Assembly (NCBI RefSeq): GCF_002113885.1
Contig: NW_018404352.1
Location: 763,371-827,370 of the forward strand
Length of the DNA stretch: 64,000 bases
Direction of reading: 5' to 3'
DNA from: Mizuhopecten yessoensis
Lineage: Eukaryota
Shown here: positions 38,484 to 51,468 of the stretch, piece by piece
How the letters are laid out: each line of letters starts with the position of its first letter
Position numbering within the stretch: position 1 is the stretch's first letter
Translations under genes and position numbers: made by a program
Notes under the pieces: generated by a model
What the model was told of the DNA's origin: nothing
What the model saw: the letters and a program-made list of their open reading frames with translations, nothing else
The model's database searches: none

Positions 38484-39029
38484 GATGTCTTTGAAAGGTA
38501 TTCGTTAGCCCAGATATCTTAGCTTTTCGAATTCACGTTACTGTAACAAAAAATATTTTAATATTCAATTATCTGAATGTATGTGTCTTTCCTTGTGTAA
38601 ATTTACAACGTTTTGAGGTTATTATAAAAAGTATTGGTTTTGCTTTCTAATTTGGTAATACCTGATGGATATATAGTTACACTTAGATAATATATCCATC
38701 AGGTATAATTCGTCCAAGTTCTGTATCCATAGTTATCAATTAAATCAATAACGAACCTCCTTCAAGTCCAGGATGTTACTGTAGGAAATCGTTATCTGTA
38801 ATATTCATCTATGCTTCCATTTTTCTGCATCCAATCATTACGCAATGAAGCTATTTGAGCCTTTTGCAGTAGTTGATAACTGTAAGAACCTTGACAAGCG
38901 CAACACGAACATTCAGCCGGTGCATATGTGTCACTGTGTCATGAGTTCCAGTCAATGTTTGTTCTGTTTTGAACACTTACACGCTCCGCTTTTCTGGTTT
39001 ACATTTCAATGTATAAATTGTGCCCTTAC

Positions 39030-39156
39030 CTTCGTCCACCTCCGTCCCCTATTCTGAAATCTTACATCTGACAGGAGAAAAAAAGATAATCTGCATTCGT
39101 CAAATAACAACAGCGTTTAATTCTATGTAGTCAACTAGAGCGTCACGATGAGGATT
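39030..39156 (-). promoter_or_regulatory. Putative non-coding first exon/promoter module of SLC36 paralog 2
   Basis: Donor context and actagagcg...gatgagga motif shared with the paralog 1 upstream modules. Confidence 0.5.
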
Positions 39157-41145
39157 GTATTACTTTGTACGCAGCGCAAGGAGTTTAAATGAAACACTAA
39201 TCCTAGCTTGCCCCCAAAAAACACTTTATACACAAAATAGATCTATGATTTTGTACACGTCCAGATTATACACACTACATGTTTACGCGTCGGGGTTAAC
39301 ACTGTTATTGTATCTAAAATACATTACACAAATTGTTTCATTTATCCTCACTATTATTGGTGTCATTTATGATTGTTCAACCGTCAAAGTACTTTCATAT
39401 GACGTGCAAATGAGGCCTGCTCATGTTTAAGTTTTAAGGCAATTTTACCGCTTTCAAGCGTTATTTCTTAAACAGTTTTGCTGTCTGGTATTGCCGAAAA
39501 TAATATCACTGTAACACATTGCACTTAACAAATCGAAACGAATGTAGAAACACAAAACACCGTCGACATGTCAGCCATCGTATGTTGCCCTCTAGCGCTC
39601 CAAGCAGTGTAACGTCATTGGATTGTCAAAACATTGGACAGAGAATAAAGACCAATAAAATATATCCTCAGTGGCCTAATAAAGATTAAAGCAAAACCTT
39701 TTTAATATTTGCTGGAGCTTTACAGTAAATAAATGTGCCTATAATCAGATTGTGTACGAATCGTCGTTTTTTATTTCCTATTTTTTCCCCTAATTCAAAC
39801 GTTTTATACATGACGTTGTATTTTGAAACATTTTAGACTGGTTGTTATCTCCTACAAAGTCATCCGATAATCAGCCAAATATTTGAATAACAAGACTTAC
39901 TATAATTTTGCACCAGAAATGGGGCGCATTATGTGCTTTGCTAAATAGAAAGATGCGATATTACACAGAAAAGCAGATACTTAATGTCAAATTCACTGTG
40001 TGCAGATGTGGTGATATAACTGTTTTACTTTGCTGGCAGTTGGGTGGAATTCTATTCGTCTACATTTGTCAAAGACAAATTGCTGCTTATCATCTTACCA
40101 ATATAATATCAATCATTCATGGTGTATCAAGAAATTCTTGCGTAAGCATAAGGCTTGAGAAATTTGCCACAATCAATGTGCTTGATTAAAAAAAAAACAG
40201 TATTAAAAATTGATGATTAAAGAGAAATCGCATTTAATAATTACTGATATACAGTATATATATAATAGATTGATATACAACTAGTTAATCTGTTCAACAA
40301 TATACATTTTTTTAAATATAAGTTTAGGAAAAGATACAAATTATTTGTCATGCAACGTGCTATGGATAACCACATGCATATTTCGGGGTAATACAAGGGA
40401 CATAACTCGTATTTTTATGCTAGATTGCACTCTTCATTATATGTTTGTCGAAGTGTTATTCATAACATCTTCATATCAAAATGAAAGTTATTTGAATGAC
40501 CGAAAAGACGTGAGAGCAAACTCAAGTGAAATTTCTCTGCCACTATTCTAGATACATGTTACTTAATCAATCGTATTGAAGGCAGATACACTATCCTCCT
40601 TTAAAACATGCATTATAGATTAGTCAGTTCACTTGAACCTGTTCCAAACATAAAAAATTGTCTGTATAGTTACGTCATGACCCAAAACGTGACTGAGCTG
40701 AAGTTGTCTACATCAAAAGTGTGAGTAATCAATAAATATAAGAAGAAAGGGAGCAACTTTTTTTTTTCAAAATTAGCATTTCTACTGCACCATATGGTTA
40801 TTCTTAACCAATAAGTCGTACCTAATGTCAAAAGAACGAAAATGCATGTTCAAAGTGTTTTAAACTATATGTCGAAAATTGAAAAAAGTAAAATTTATAA
40901 TTTTAAATTATCAAAGATTAACAATTATTGTTTCAAACAAATTATTACTTCTGAAAGAATTAACTTCCTTCTTCAAGGTTTCGGCCATCAACAAGCATAT
41001 CCATGTGACTATAAATAAATTGTAGAAAATATTAAGTTTTTCCGAACAGGGTACTATAGTTCCCGCCCTCCATTTAAATGCACTTTTCTCGGTTTTGGGT
41101 GTCTTTGACCGACAGGTACCTAGAATTCACAAGTTACATCATGAT

Positions 41146-41520
41146 TGGTTGGTTGATTGTATCGGGTTTAACGTCCTATTAACAGCTAAGGTCATTTTAG
41201 TAAGTGCCTCGATGTGATTTTAAGCATGCATGTGTGTATTAGTGCCGGATACAGGGTATGTTGGTGTATTTGCCTCCTTGTGATAGCGCGGATCTGAAGC
41301 CGACTTAAATGTTCGATCTGACTGTAATACCATGCCGAAGGCACCCAACACAGCATTCCGCCCGGTCACATTATACTGACAACGGGAGAACCGGTTGATG
41401 CCATTACCCTAATGCTGAACGTAAAGCAGGAATAAAAACTAACTTTTGTTTAGTATTTTGTTATGTCACTGCTTGGGAATAGAACAACTTGCTTTCATCA
41501 ACTTGGCAAACGTTAAACAT
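41146..41520 (-). mobile_element. SINE with Meta-like core
   Basis: cccggtcacattatactgacaacggg core; 3' tail shared with the SINE at 12190. Confidence 0.65.
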
Positions 41521-43597
41521 TGAAGTCTAAAACGTTCTTTTTTTTCGGCTGGCCTGGCTTAAGCGTTTGAATCAATATCGATCGGATTCAGCGGTCGAAT
41601 AGTATCGATCGTTTTTCATATCTGTTTTTGACGGCCGTTTTATGGCTGCCGACTACTCATGCTTGTCCTGACCTATCGACCGCTGATCCCAAAATTTAAG
41701 CCAAATTACAGGTAGAGCTATAACCGTTTAACAACTATTTTCTACATGCAAATGGATCTGTAGTTCAGAATACAGCATCATTTGAATTTTTTTTCTAGTT
41801 TCATGTATGTGCACTCCGGTATATCAAAATGCGTTATATTAGATCAAATAACATATATGGTTCGTTACATAAAATATGCATAAATGTAAGAAATCAATTT
41901 CATTTCTCTCTCCGTCTCCTACTCTATCATCACCGTGCCCTTGATTTAAAATCTATCGTTTGACACCCAAGCTGCGTTTGATGTGCGCTCTGTAACCTTA
42001 TTTGTACATCAAAATTTCATCCTTATCCTTATTCAAATTCTAACAAACTTATCTGAATTGAATATTTTTATGTTTGGACTGGTGATTCTAGTTGTGCATA
42101 AGTACTATAACATTGCCAAGTATAATAAACATTATAATGCTTTCATTTTGTGAAAAAGTCAAATCAATAAATGATCAATACACATTAAAAACATACATGT
42201 AAATATGGATGCAATGATAAAAGTACATGTTCATCATTCATGCTGACTTTATAATTTCTTTCGCCACGATTTCATAAAACTAACATTTGAGATGATGATA
42301 TTTTGCCAACTGACAGATTGCCTTCTAAACGTTTTATATATTTTAGTTACTTTCAGTTTTTTTCCGACAATATTGTTCTTGCATGATAGATTAGCAAGGT
42401 TTCTAGATATAATTTCGTCATATATGTATATCCTTCCTAAGCTATGTCAAGTGTATATCCGTTCTATAGTCAGATACAATTAAAAACAGGAAGTTTAATT
42501 TCAATACGATATAAATTCGGCGAATATCATATGATGTGATGCGTGTGAGTTTTAAGTAACCAGCGGTGTCAGATACAGGAACCCCTTGTACTCCCATGCG
42601 GGACTTCCCTACTAGAACCCCATAACACACAAACAGAAACACAAGCCTTGATCCGCACCGTGAATACGTATATATTTCAGTGTAGAGAATCGAGATAATA
42701 AGACACACATTTTTTAGTATGGCAAAGATGAAGTTGTGAATTGTTACATGTTGGTTTTTTTGTAAAGAAAACGTGTGAATTGAAATGTACATGTATATAG
42801 GTTATATCCTGAAATGACAGACAACTCAATACAACACACACCGATATACTAGTTTATCATTATAATCATCATAATGTGCCATAAAACCATAAAACACGAT
42901 GGAAAATAAGCATGCGATTATACAGCGTTCGAACTGCATTGTCGAAGCGAATGTTTTGAAACTGTGTTGACGAAACTTACGTCACTTTAACATTACTACA
43001 GAACTGATTAAGACATTTCTATTTTACAATTTTATAAATAAGCGTTTGTGTCTTACAATTATTCACACCACCAATAACCGGACGCGTCACTAACTACAGG
43101 TTAGATAGGTGAACTACAGGTATACTCAATTGAAATGAAATAAACTCTTTTCAAATTTTCAAGCTTGCAATTTTGTGTGTTTCCTCAGACACATATTTAT
43201 GTTTAACGTGAGGCATGATAGTGCAAAAGTTCAGTTTAGTGACAAAATGAAAAGCAATAACACAAAACCATGGACTTGGTTAGTTAATCTAGTTCCGTGA
43301 CAAACCATTCTTCCTCCCGTTAAATTGGGTAACATGCATACCCGTGTTTGTTGAAGGGTTGGTCATAAAAGATAAAATATGCAGCGGTTTTAGGGTATTT
43401 CAAGTGAAAACAGAAATTTCTGAATATCCCACAAATGCATACACTGTATGTTTATTGACGACTTCAATTATCACTGTAAATATATCGACAAGTTCGAGTC
43501 ATTTCGTGGTTTCCGCAGCAAGGACTTTTACACAGACATTTGCATTTCCGCTGAAATGTAATGTTATATTTGTTCAATCATCTCTATATCGTCTTTT

Positions 43598-45242
43598 TCA
43601 TATTTGCATGACATGCACTGTACCATTTCTACACCCGATCCAAACATGACCACAGCTGTCTACACATATAGTCCATGGGTTTGTTACTCCATGTTTCTTG
43701 TCTAAAAGGCATTTGGCTTTACCCTCATACCGAGACAGCACGTATACCTGGTCATTGAAGCAGTCTGGTACAAATAGTCTGTCAAATCTATCACATGTTA
43801 TACTACATTGCGTCGCCTCTTCTATTTTCTTACCAATGTCAAGTTCTCCACTCCACCTGTGTATGATCTGATCAGATTTATTGATGACAATCATTTCTTT
43901 ACAACATACCACACTATGTCCAGTGGTTACAGCTACGAGTCCTGTTATCAAACATACGATACTAAGCCCATCACGACCACACGAGATTTCTCTGATCCTT
44001 TCCCCAGACATGGTAAGTACCAGAATTGTCGGAGTTAGAGTAGTAACGAACACATCGTCCCTGACACTGATACACAAGGCTTTTAACGGACTGATGTCAG
44101 CAAATGTCGTTAATCGTCGGTCTTTCGATAGTTTGGTTATCAGAGAATGTTCATAGCGCGTGATCAAAAGTTCTTTCGTGTTGGCCACTGTAAGACACCA
44201 CGGTTTAAAGTCAGTCTCGACGGCCTCTGTGACCTTACCATTCTTGTTGATTTTGATCAATTCATTAGATTCATGAACTGTCATCCAAGCGTGAGTGTCG
44301 TCTATAGGACATATTGAGTTGATTTGTGTCCGCTGAGGCATTTGGAATGTAGAAACCGCTTGAACCTGTTGACTGTCAACTTCCTTCTTTTCATACTGCA
44401 CGTCTTCATTCTTCAATACTTGTAGACACCCAAACATTGTCTTCAATTGATCTTGGTTAAGTTCACCAGGCACGAAGTGAGATTGGGAAGGTACCACGCT
44501 TTTTCTATTTACATCATACAACGGTAGAGTGGTTCTCATGTTCTCAGTCATCTCAAGCAAGGATGCACTAGATTTCGTTTCTGTGGATTGTTCTATTTCT
44601 CTCAACAGTTGTTTAATCTTTTTGATTTTCTCCTCATGATGTTGACAATCCCAGTCGTGGAATTGTTTATCTTTTTTATCCAGGGATGATAACTCGGCAA
44701 AAACGAACTTGGCTATGGAATCAACCTCTGCTTGCAGTATAACTCTCTGGCTTTCTACAGTTTGTCGGATAACATCCACGTTCTCTTCGAATGATTTGTT
44801 AACCTCATTACGTTTTGTTATATTATCATTAAAATAGTCTAAGTTGGAGTCCAACGTTATCAATTGATTTTTAAGGGACCGCTTTTGTATGTCGATCGAT
44901 TTCCTCCTCAATGTTTTTGAAAACGTGTTGGCTATATTTCTCGGTAAAACAAATTGCGCACAACACTATTTCACAATCACAACAATACAGGTCACATGAT
45001 TTACCGTGGTGTATCTTACATACCTCCGGGAGAAATGTCTGATTTTGTTTGATCGCCCTTGTAATTGGTACAACGGCATCATTTCGTGTCTTTCTCGCGC
45101 GTTGGTGACTCTCTTTACAGCCGTCACATAAAGCCTCTTGACAGTCATTACAGTACCAGTTAACGTCCTGTATGTTTTCACACCAAGCACACGGATCAGG
45201 CACGTGCACCAGAGCACTCCGGGTGGCTAGTTCACTTGACAT
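43598..45242 (-). pseudogene. RING-less TRIM-like gene copy A (B-box1, B-box2, coiled coil, NHL-like propeller), frameshifted at ~44900
   Basis: ORFs 45242-44871 and 44911-43598 together are collinear with the 549-aa copy B; 1645 nt is not a multiple of 3. Confidence 0.8.
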
Positions 45243-45899
45243 CTTTGTTAGATTATACTATATATTTATCGAACAAACAACTTTCTAACCCGTCAAAGTT
45301 TCCTTTGATTTTAAACTGAACGTCGATTACTTGTCCTTTGCTTTCACTGAACTCATGTGATAAATAAAAATAGCAGTCATGCCTATTGGCGTGTATAAGG
45401 CCTTTTCGTTGTAATATAAAGTCAAAGGTTCAACGAGGTGCCCGGATCTGGGCATATATAATACACAACAAATCGTGAATTGCGAACTGTAAGGTATGCT
45501 TTATATTTAGATATTGAACGATTTCGACAAGTTTGAAAAGTGGATATATTTTGTCATTGCGATCAAAACAGTGACTTTTTTAACAACTTTTCGATTTAAG
45601 GGATAGTTTTGGGGAATTCTGTAATGCCTCAGTTACAGTTATAAATTGCTTGATCGACTGATGTTTATTTTTAATAGCCGCATAGACTATCGATATCAAC
45701 CACCAACACCCTCTCCCCAAGTTCCCCCCTTTTTGTTTCATTCTATTTTTTTTATATTTAGAACTTGTGCAGAACTTGTATAAATGTTTTCATATAGAAT
45801 CTTACCCACTGAGTTTGTTCTTATCTAATGTCCCAGCGTAGGCTAAATTGATGTAACGGTTATATATGGTCATGCATGCGAGTTAAAATGGCGATTCCA

Positions 45900-46150
45900 A
45901 GTTAGAAATACCTTACAGTTATCGTGTTGGACGTGGTAAACGCATATGGTTCTGTACCAAACCAGGTATGGAAAACTATGGAGCATCACTATGTCCAAGA
46001 TCATATTATCAACTTTATTGTCAGCCTTTTATTGGGGATACATTTGAGATTCAGCTTTGATCAAGTTATAATAAATCTGGATAAACATAAAGATTGGAAT
46101 CATTACAGGGTACATACGATCGATGTGGTCGATACAATTCTTGTTATTTA
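45900..46150 (+). mobile_element. Old RLE-type non-LTR reverse transcriptase fragment (Hero/NeSL-like); duplicate at 52126-52376
   Basis: LDVVNAYGSVP...HY...IHLRF, then in a shifted frame WINIKIGIITG, resembling LDLANAYGSVPH...GI.TGC. Confidence 0.6.
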
Positions 46151-46786
46151 AAGATAGCACAACATTGTTATATAGAATGTGAAATTAAATTACTCGTCAA
46201 GGATTTTTTTACTTTGTCCTAATAGACTTTTCAACTGATTCAGCTTCATATGAAAAGCAAAAATAAATTGGCCAGAAGAGGGTATGAGTTTGTTCCTATA
46301 GAAATGCCTACAGCATAACCGGACACACAATGATATTGTCAGTGAAGAACTCAGTCATTCTCACAATTTCATACGCTCTTCTCAAAAACCGGTGGTGTAT
46401 TGAGGACAAGCTCAGCCTATTTATTTGGTAGATTCCGTTTATTTCCGGCGTTTTAATGATTCATGTTATCTTCATCAGTATGTCACAGGCGGCTGTTGTT
46501 GAGTTTCTATACGGAAGTAGATCGCGATGAAATTCTTGCTCTCTGTAATGTGTTTCCTGTTATCTCGGTATGCCGGATTATTGCAACAACTATGTATTTT
46601 GTATGAAATTTTGTTGTCAAAATATTAGAGATATATCGTTTTTTCATACATTTCGCTGCATCCCATCTTAAGAGACATCCAATATAGGACCTCATGCAGA
46701 ATCGGCGGTTTTTCCTAGGTTAAATATTGATCTGATCGCGGTAAGCTTCCCTTTCAAAGGTCGTCAGGTTTGAATGTGTCGGCAAT

Positions 46787-46997
46787 ATGGATAGACTTTC
46801 AATGACGGATAGAAATCGTGCGATTGCGATGCTACAATCTGGGGCAGCAGAACATCATGTGTCGCATGTGATAATTTTAACAAGGTTTACGATTAAATGT
46901 CTTTTGAAGTGTTATTGACGAGTATGACATGTCAACCAACTCCCTGGAGCCGGACGTCGACGTGAAATGGCGCCATGTCAGGACCGCTTCATCCTTA
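46787..46997 (+). mobile_element. Tc1-like transposase N-terminal remnant; duplicate at 53013-53223
   Basis: MDRLSMTDRNRAIAMLQSG... and LPGAGRRREMAPCQDRFI resemble the Tc1 HTH and GRPR region. Confidence 0.55.
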
Positions 46998-47684
46998 TTC
47001 CATGCATAGCGTCGAAACAGAGCGACGTTTACCGTTTTCCATGAGCAAACGCTGTGTTTAAGAAGTTAACAGAAATTGCGGACACCCACGATATTGACGT
47101 TACAAGTGTATCTTTCCTGTGTACAGTTGTGACGTCTAAATCACGTGAAAAAATTTTTTGAATTATCTATTCGTCGTACTGTTTGACATATTCCCTCTTT
47201 GTTAGTTGACGGTATTCTTGATTCTGTGTAAAATGTGTCTCCAATAATTCATTTACGATTTAAAATCAACTTTATTTACCTTGATCTGAATGGCCGGGAA
47301 ATGAGCTTAAACCTCGTATTGGCCCAATTGAAATCTTGTACATCAATTCTTTAATGTTTTCGCTGCGCTAGCGGTAGATGGTTATGTTTTTAAAAAAGTC
47401 TCACTGTAGAGTCACATCTTACATGAAGTAGTCATGTGATGTTTTGGTGTACTAAAGTCACGTGACCTGTGCATAATGTTTTTCCATGCTGACATTTTGA
47501 AAATCTCCTTAAAAATCAGTTACCCTCCTCCTCCCCTAATTTATATCCACCTTTATGTACTATTGTGTAAAAATGCAATTGGTGCACATCTTTTTTTTTT
47601 GTAATTGTTTTATTTTTCACTACATAAAGGTCTTCACACACATTCTCTTTCACACACAAAAAAATGTATATGGATGTGTACATG

Positions 47685-48090
47685 CATCATCATCATCATA
47701 ACTACAATACACCTCACCCATAAACAATCTTCATCCTCATCATCATTATGAAAATATAGTTACCAATGCATCAGTACCTATCTCGCATAATAAACATCAT
47801 CATCCTCATTATCATCATCATCATTATAATCTTCATTGCATTAATACCTCTCACACATAAACAATCATCTACCCTCATAATCATCTTCATGAAAATATAA
47901 TTACAAATGCATCAATGCATGTCTTACACTATAAACATCATCATCATCATCATTGCCTCAATATGCTTCACATAATACACAATTATCAGTATCATCATTA
48001 TCATCATTGCATTACTATCTCTCACACAATAACAATCATCAACCCTCATCATCATCATCGTCATCATTATGAAATTATAACTACCAATGT
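47685..48090. repeat. (CAT)n-rich low-complexity repeat; duplicate at 53911-54316
   Basis: catcatcat tracts in 2-3 longer degenerate units. Confidence 0.8.
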
Positions 48091-49818
48091 CTCAATATTG
48101 TTGCACATCTTCATTTTATATTTTGTTTCATTTGTTGTACATCTTTTAATTACAATAACTTCAGATGGGTGACGTTTACTTTGAAGCAAGCCCCATCATT
48201 TTTGGTTCTTTGAACACCTTATTATAAAAATAACACGAAGATGTATACATATGTTCGATTTCTGGGATTTAGAAATAAATGTTCTTTTTCGACAACTTAA
48301 GTTTTTGATAATTTATCGACAAAAAACATAGCAGAGTATACCCTGTGTGTGCTGTTGGGTTTAGTGCAGACTTAACACGATAATATAAGTAATGGTGCGG
48401 CCATTCTATTATCCACCAGACACGCATCAGGTGCATCATTAGGGTACTTAATCAATGTTCGGGGTGAGCAAAAATATTTATTCTGAAAAAATATGCAGAC
48501 AAAAAGAATGTACGTATAACGATATCGGATTTCCGATATCAAGCTCTTAGATCCATATAACCTCTTATTAAATCACCAACAGGTAACAATCAATAAAAAA
48601 GAAGATATTCCTTTCAAATATTCGTAGCACACACACATAACACCTGTACATTGCCATCTTTATTACTCGCAGGCAAACTCAATATTCACTTAAACTACGT
48701 TATGGAAGCACCACCTCACTGTTTACGTCACCACATTAAAGCTTATAACTAATTATACAATTCGTGATTCAAAATAAAATAATGGTACTACAAGATGTAA
48801 TAATTTGCTGTCTTCGTTTTCATATTTACTCTATTTTCAAGACATTGTTATTGTGTTACATGTATGCACAAAACAAAAAACACAGAAAATACCACTATTA
48901 AAGCCAATGATGCATTTTCATAGCGAAAACAAACCGGAAAAGATTATAAATGATGAAGACAAGATAACAAATAATATAATAGAAACAAGTTTAACTATTT
49001 TATGATCGTAATTTACCAACATTGCCAGCAACAAAAACCCATTTAAATATACAAGCATAGATTTACAAAGAGAGGCCGGCCACACCATAAAAACAAGCCT
49101 CAACAAATCTTAAAAATATGCAAGTATGAAAAGTTGTGAAATACCCACTTGACGAGGAAGAGCGGGACGTACAATATAATTTCACCCTTGAGTACACACT
49201 TGACTGATTTCAGTGAAACATTAAAAAGGGTGCGATCATCAATGAATAGGTTTGTTTATCAAGTAAGGTCATGAACAATGTAACTGCATATGAGTTTGAG
49301 TAGAAATAGCTTATATTGCATCCGCTTTATTCTGAATGGAGTGGCCCATTAAACTGACTGTATTTCCCGTATGTTTTTGCTGAAAGCTTGAAATACTTGA
49401 GTAAACTATCGTGCTTATACATATAATCAATTGTAAATAAGTTTTGAATAGAAAATCATACCATTTATTTGGTGTTGTTTATTGTATTATTGCAAAACTG
49501 ACCGATTAATCGGTAACTCGGTCGGGAGATTTTGACTAAACTTCGTTCGGTTTGACAATCTTTGTATTTACCTGTCATCTTTTAGTATGAATGGTGGTCG
49601 TTAATATATCCACGTTGTCAACTGCAGCTGTACAGTGATCTATTTTGACAAACGTATATAGTGTTTTCTTGATACTACAAAGAAACACAACACATGGCCT
49701 GTTAAAACTCGTTATAGGATTTCCCACTGACGATATATGTAAGGTGAAAACAGAGACAGATTGTCTCAGTAAACCATACAAAGTCGGTGTTCATTCATTC
49801 AAATATTGTCGCATTTGT

Positions 49819-51468
49819 TCATATTTGCATTACATGTACAGTACCACCACTACAGCCGATCCAAACATGTCCGCACATGTCGACACACACAGCCAACGGA
49901 TCTGTTACTGCATGTTTCTTGTCAAGGAGACACTTGGCCTTTCTTTCATTCCCCGATATGACGTATACCTGGTTAGTGTTATAGTCTGGTACAAATATTC
50001 TGTCATATTCATCACATGCTATATCGCTCTGCAACGTCTCTGTTATCTTCTGACCATTGTCCAGTTCCCCACTCCACTTGTGCATGATCTGGTCATATTT
50101 GTTGATGACAATCATTTCGTTACAATTCAAATAATCAGAGCCAGTGGTGACAGCTATATATCCTGTTGTCAAATTAACTATACTAAGCCCATCTCCTCCA
50201 CAGGATATTTGTCTGATCCTATCCCCAGACATGTTCAGTACCAGCATTGTTGGGGTGAGAGTAGTGACGAACACCTCGTCAGTGTCACTGATACTGATAC
50301 CTGAGGCGTTTAACGGACTGATGTCAGCAAAATCAGTCACTCGTCTGTCCTCAGATATAATGTGTATCAGCGAAGAATTCTTATACTCTGTGACCAGAAG
50401 TACTTTCTCATTGGACACGGTTAGACGCCACGGGTTAAAGTCAAGCTTGACAGACTCTGTGACGTTGCCTTCTTTGTTGACTTTGACCAATTCATTAGAT
50501 TCATATACCGACATCCATACTTGATTATCGTCAGTAGGACATATTGAGTTGATTTGTGTCCGCTGAGGCATTTGGAATGTAGAAATCATTTGAACCTGTT
50601 GACAGTCAACTTCCTTCTTTTCATACTGCACGTCTTCATTCTTCAATACTTGTAAACGCCCAAACACTGTCTTCAATTGATCTTTGTTACGTTCACCAGG
50701 GACGAAGTGATGTTGGCGAGGTACCACGCTCTTTTTATTTACATCATACAGCGGTTTGGTGGTTTTCATTCTTCTAGTCATTTCAAATAAGGATGCACTA
50801 GATTTCGTTTCTGTGGCTTGTTCCACATCTTCCATCAGTTGTTTGATCTCTTTGACGTTTTTTTCGTGAGATTGACAATCTCGAGTGTGGGATATTTCTT
50901 CTTCTTCAACCAAGGACGATAACTCGACCAAAACCGAGTCCGCTATGAAATTAATTTCTTCTTTCAGTTTAAATCTTTGCGTTTGTACTGATTGTCGGAT
51001 GACTTCCACGTTCTCTTCGAACGATTTGCTCACCTCATGACGCTTTGATATATTGTCATTAAAATGGTCTAAATTGGAGTCCAACGTTATCAATAGCTCT
51101 CGAAGGAACTGTTTTTGTACGTCAATTTCCAGTTCAATGTTTTTGAAAACGTGTTGGCTATGTTTCTCGGTAAAACAAGTTGCGCACATCATTATTTCAC
51201 AATCACAACAATACAGGTCACATGATTTACCGTGGTGTGTCTTACATACCTCCGGGAGAAATGTCTGATTTTGTTTGATCGCCCTTGTAATTGGTACAAC
51301 GGCATCATTTCGTGTCTTTCTCGCGCGTTGGTGACTCTCTTTACAGCCGTCACATAAAGCCTCTTGACAGTCATTACAGTACCAGTTAACGTCCTGTATG
51401 TTTTCACACCAAGCACACGGATCAGGCACGTGCACCAGAGCACTCCGGGTGGCTAGTTCACTTGACAT
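49819..51468 (-). CDS. RING-less TRIM-like protein copy B, intact single exon, 549 aa (B-box1, B-box2, coiled coil, NHL-like beta-propeller; TRIM2/3/71-like architecture)
   Basis: CAWC..WYCNDCQEALCDGCKESH; CKTHH..LYCCDC..CATC..HSQH; heptad-rich middle; propeller-like C-terminus (IACDEYDRIFVPDY, PLAVCVD..GHVWIG). Confidence 0.9.
   Translation of the reverse strand: MSSELATRSALVHVPDPCAWCENIQDVNWYCNDCQEALCDGCKESHQRARKTRNDAVVPITRAIKQNQTFLPEVCKTHHGKSCDLYCCDCEIMMCATCFTEKHSQHVFKNIELEIDVQKQFLRELLITLDSNLDHFNDNISKRHEVSKSFEENVEVIRQSVQTQRFKLKEEINFIADSVLVELSSLVEEEEISHTRDCQSHEKNVKEIKQLMEDVEQATETKSSASLFEMTRRMKTTKPLYDVNKKSVVPRQHHFVPGERNKDQLKTVFGRLQVLKNEDVQYEKKEVDCQQVQMISTFQMPQRTQINSICPTDDNQVWMSVYESNELVKVNKEGNVTESVKLDFNPWRLTVSNEKVLLVTEYKNSSLIHIISEDRRVTDFADISPLNASGISISDTDEVFVTTLTPTMLVLNMSGDRIRQISCGGDGLSIVNLTTGYIAVTTGSDYLNCNEMIVINKYDQIMHKWSGELDNGQKITETLQSDIACDEYDRIFVPDYNTNQVYVISGNERKAKCLLDKKHAVTDPLAVCVDMCGHVWIGCSGGTVHVMQI

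Noticed and set aside
47915-48172. His-rich 85-aa ORF (and duplicate 54141-54398)
   Set aside because: Translation of a (CAT)n microsatellite
49645-50524. Plus-strand ORFs of 219 and 126 aa (and duplicates)
   Set aside because: Antisense shadows of the TRIM-like CDS
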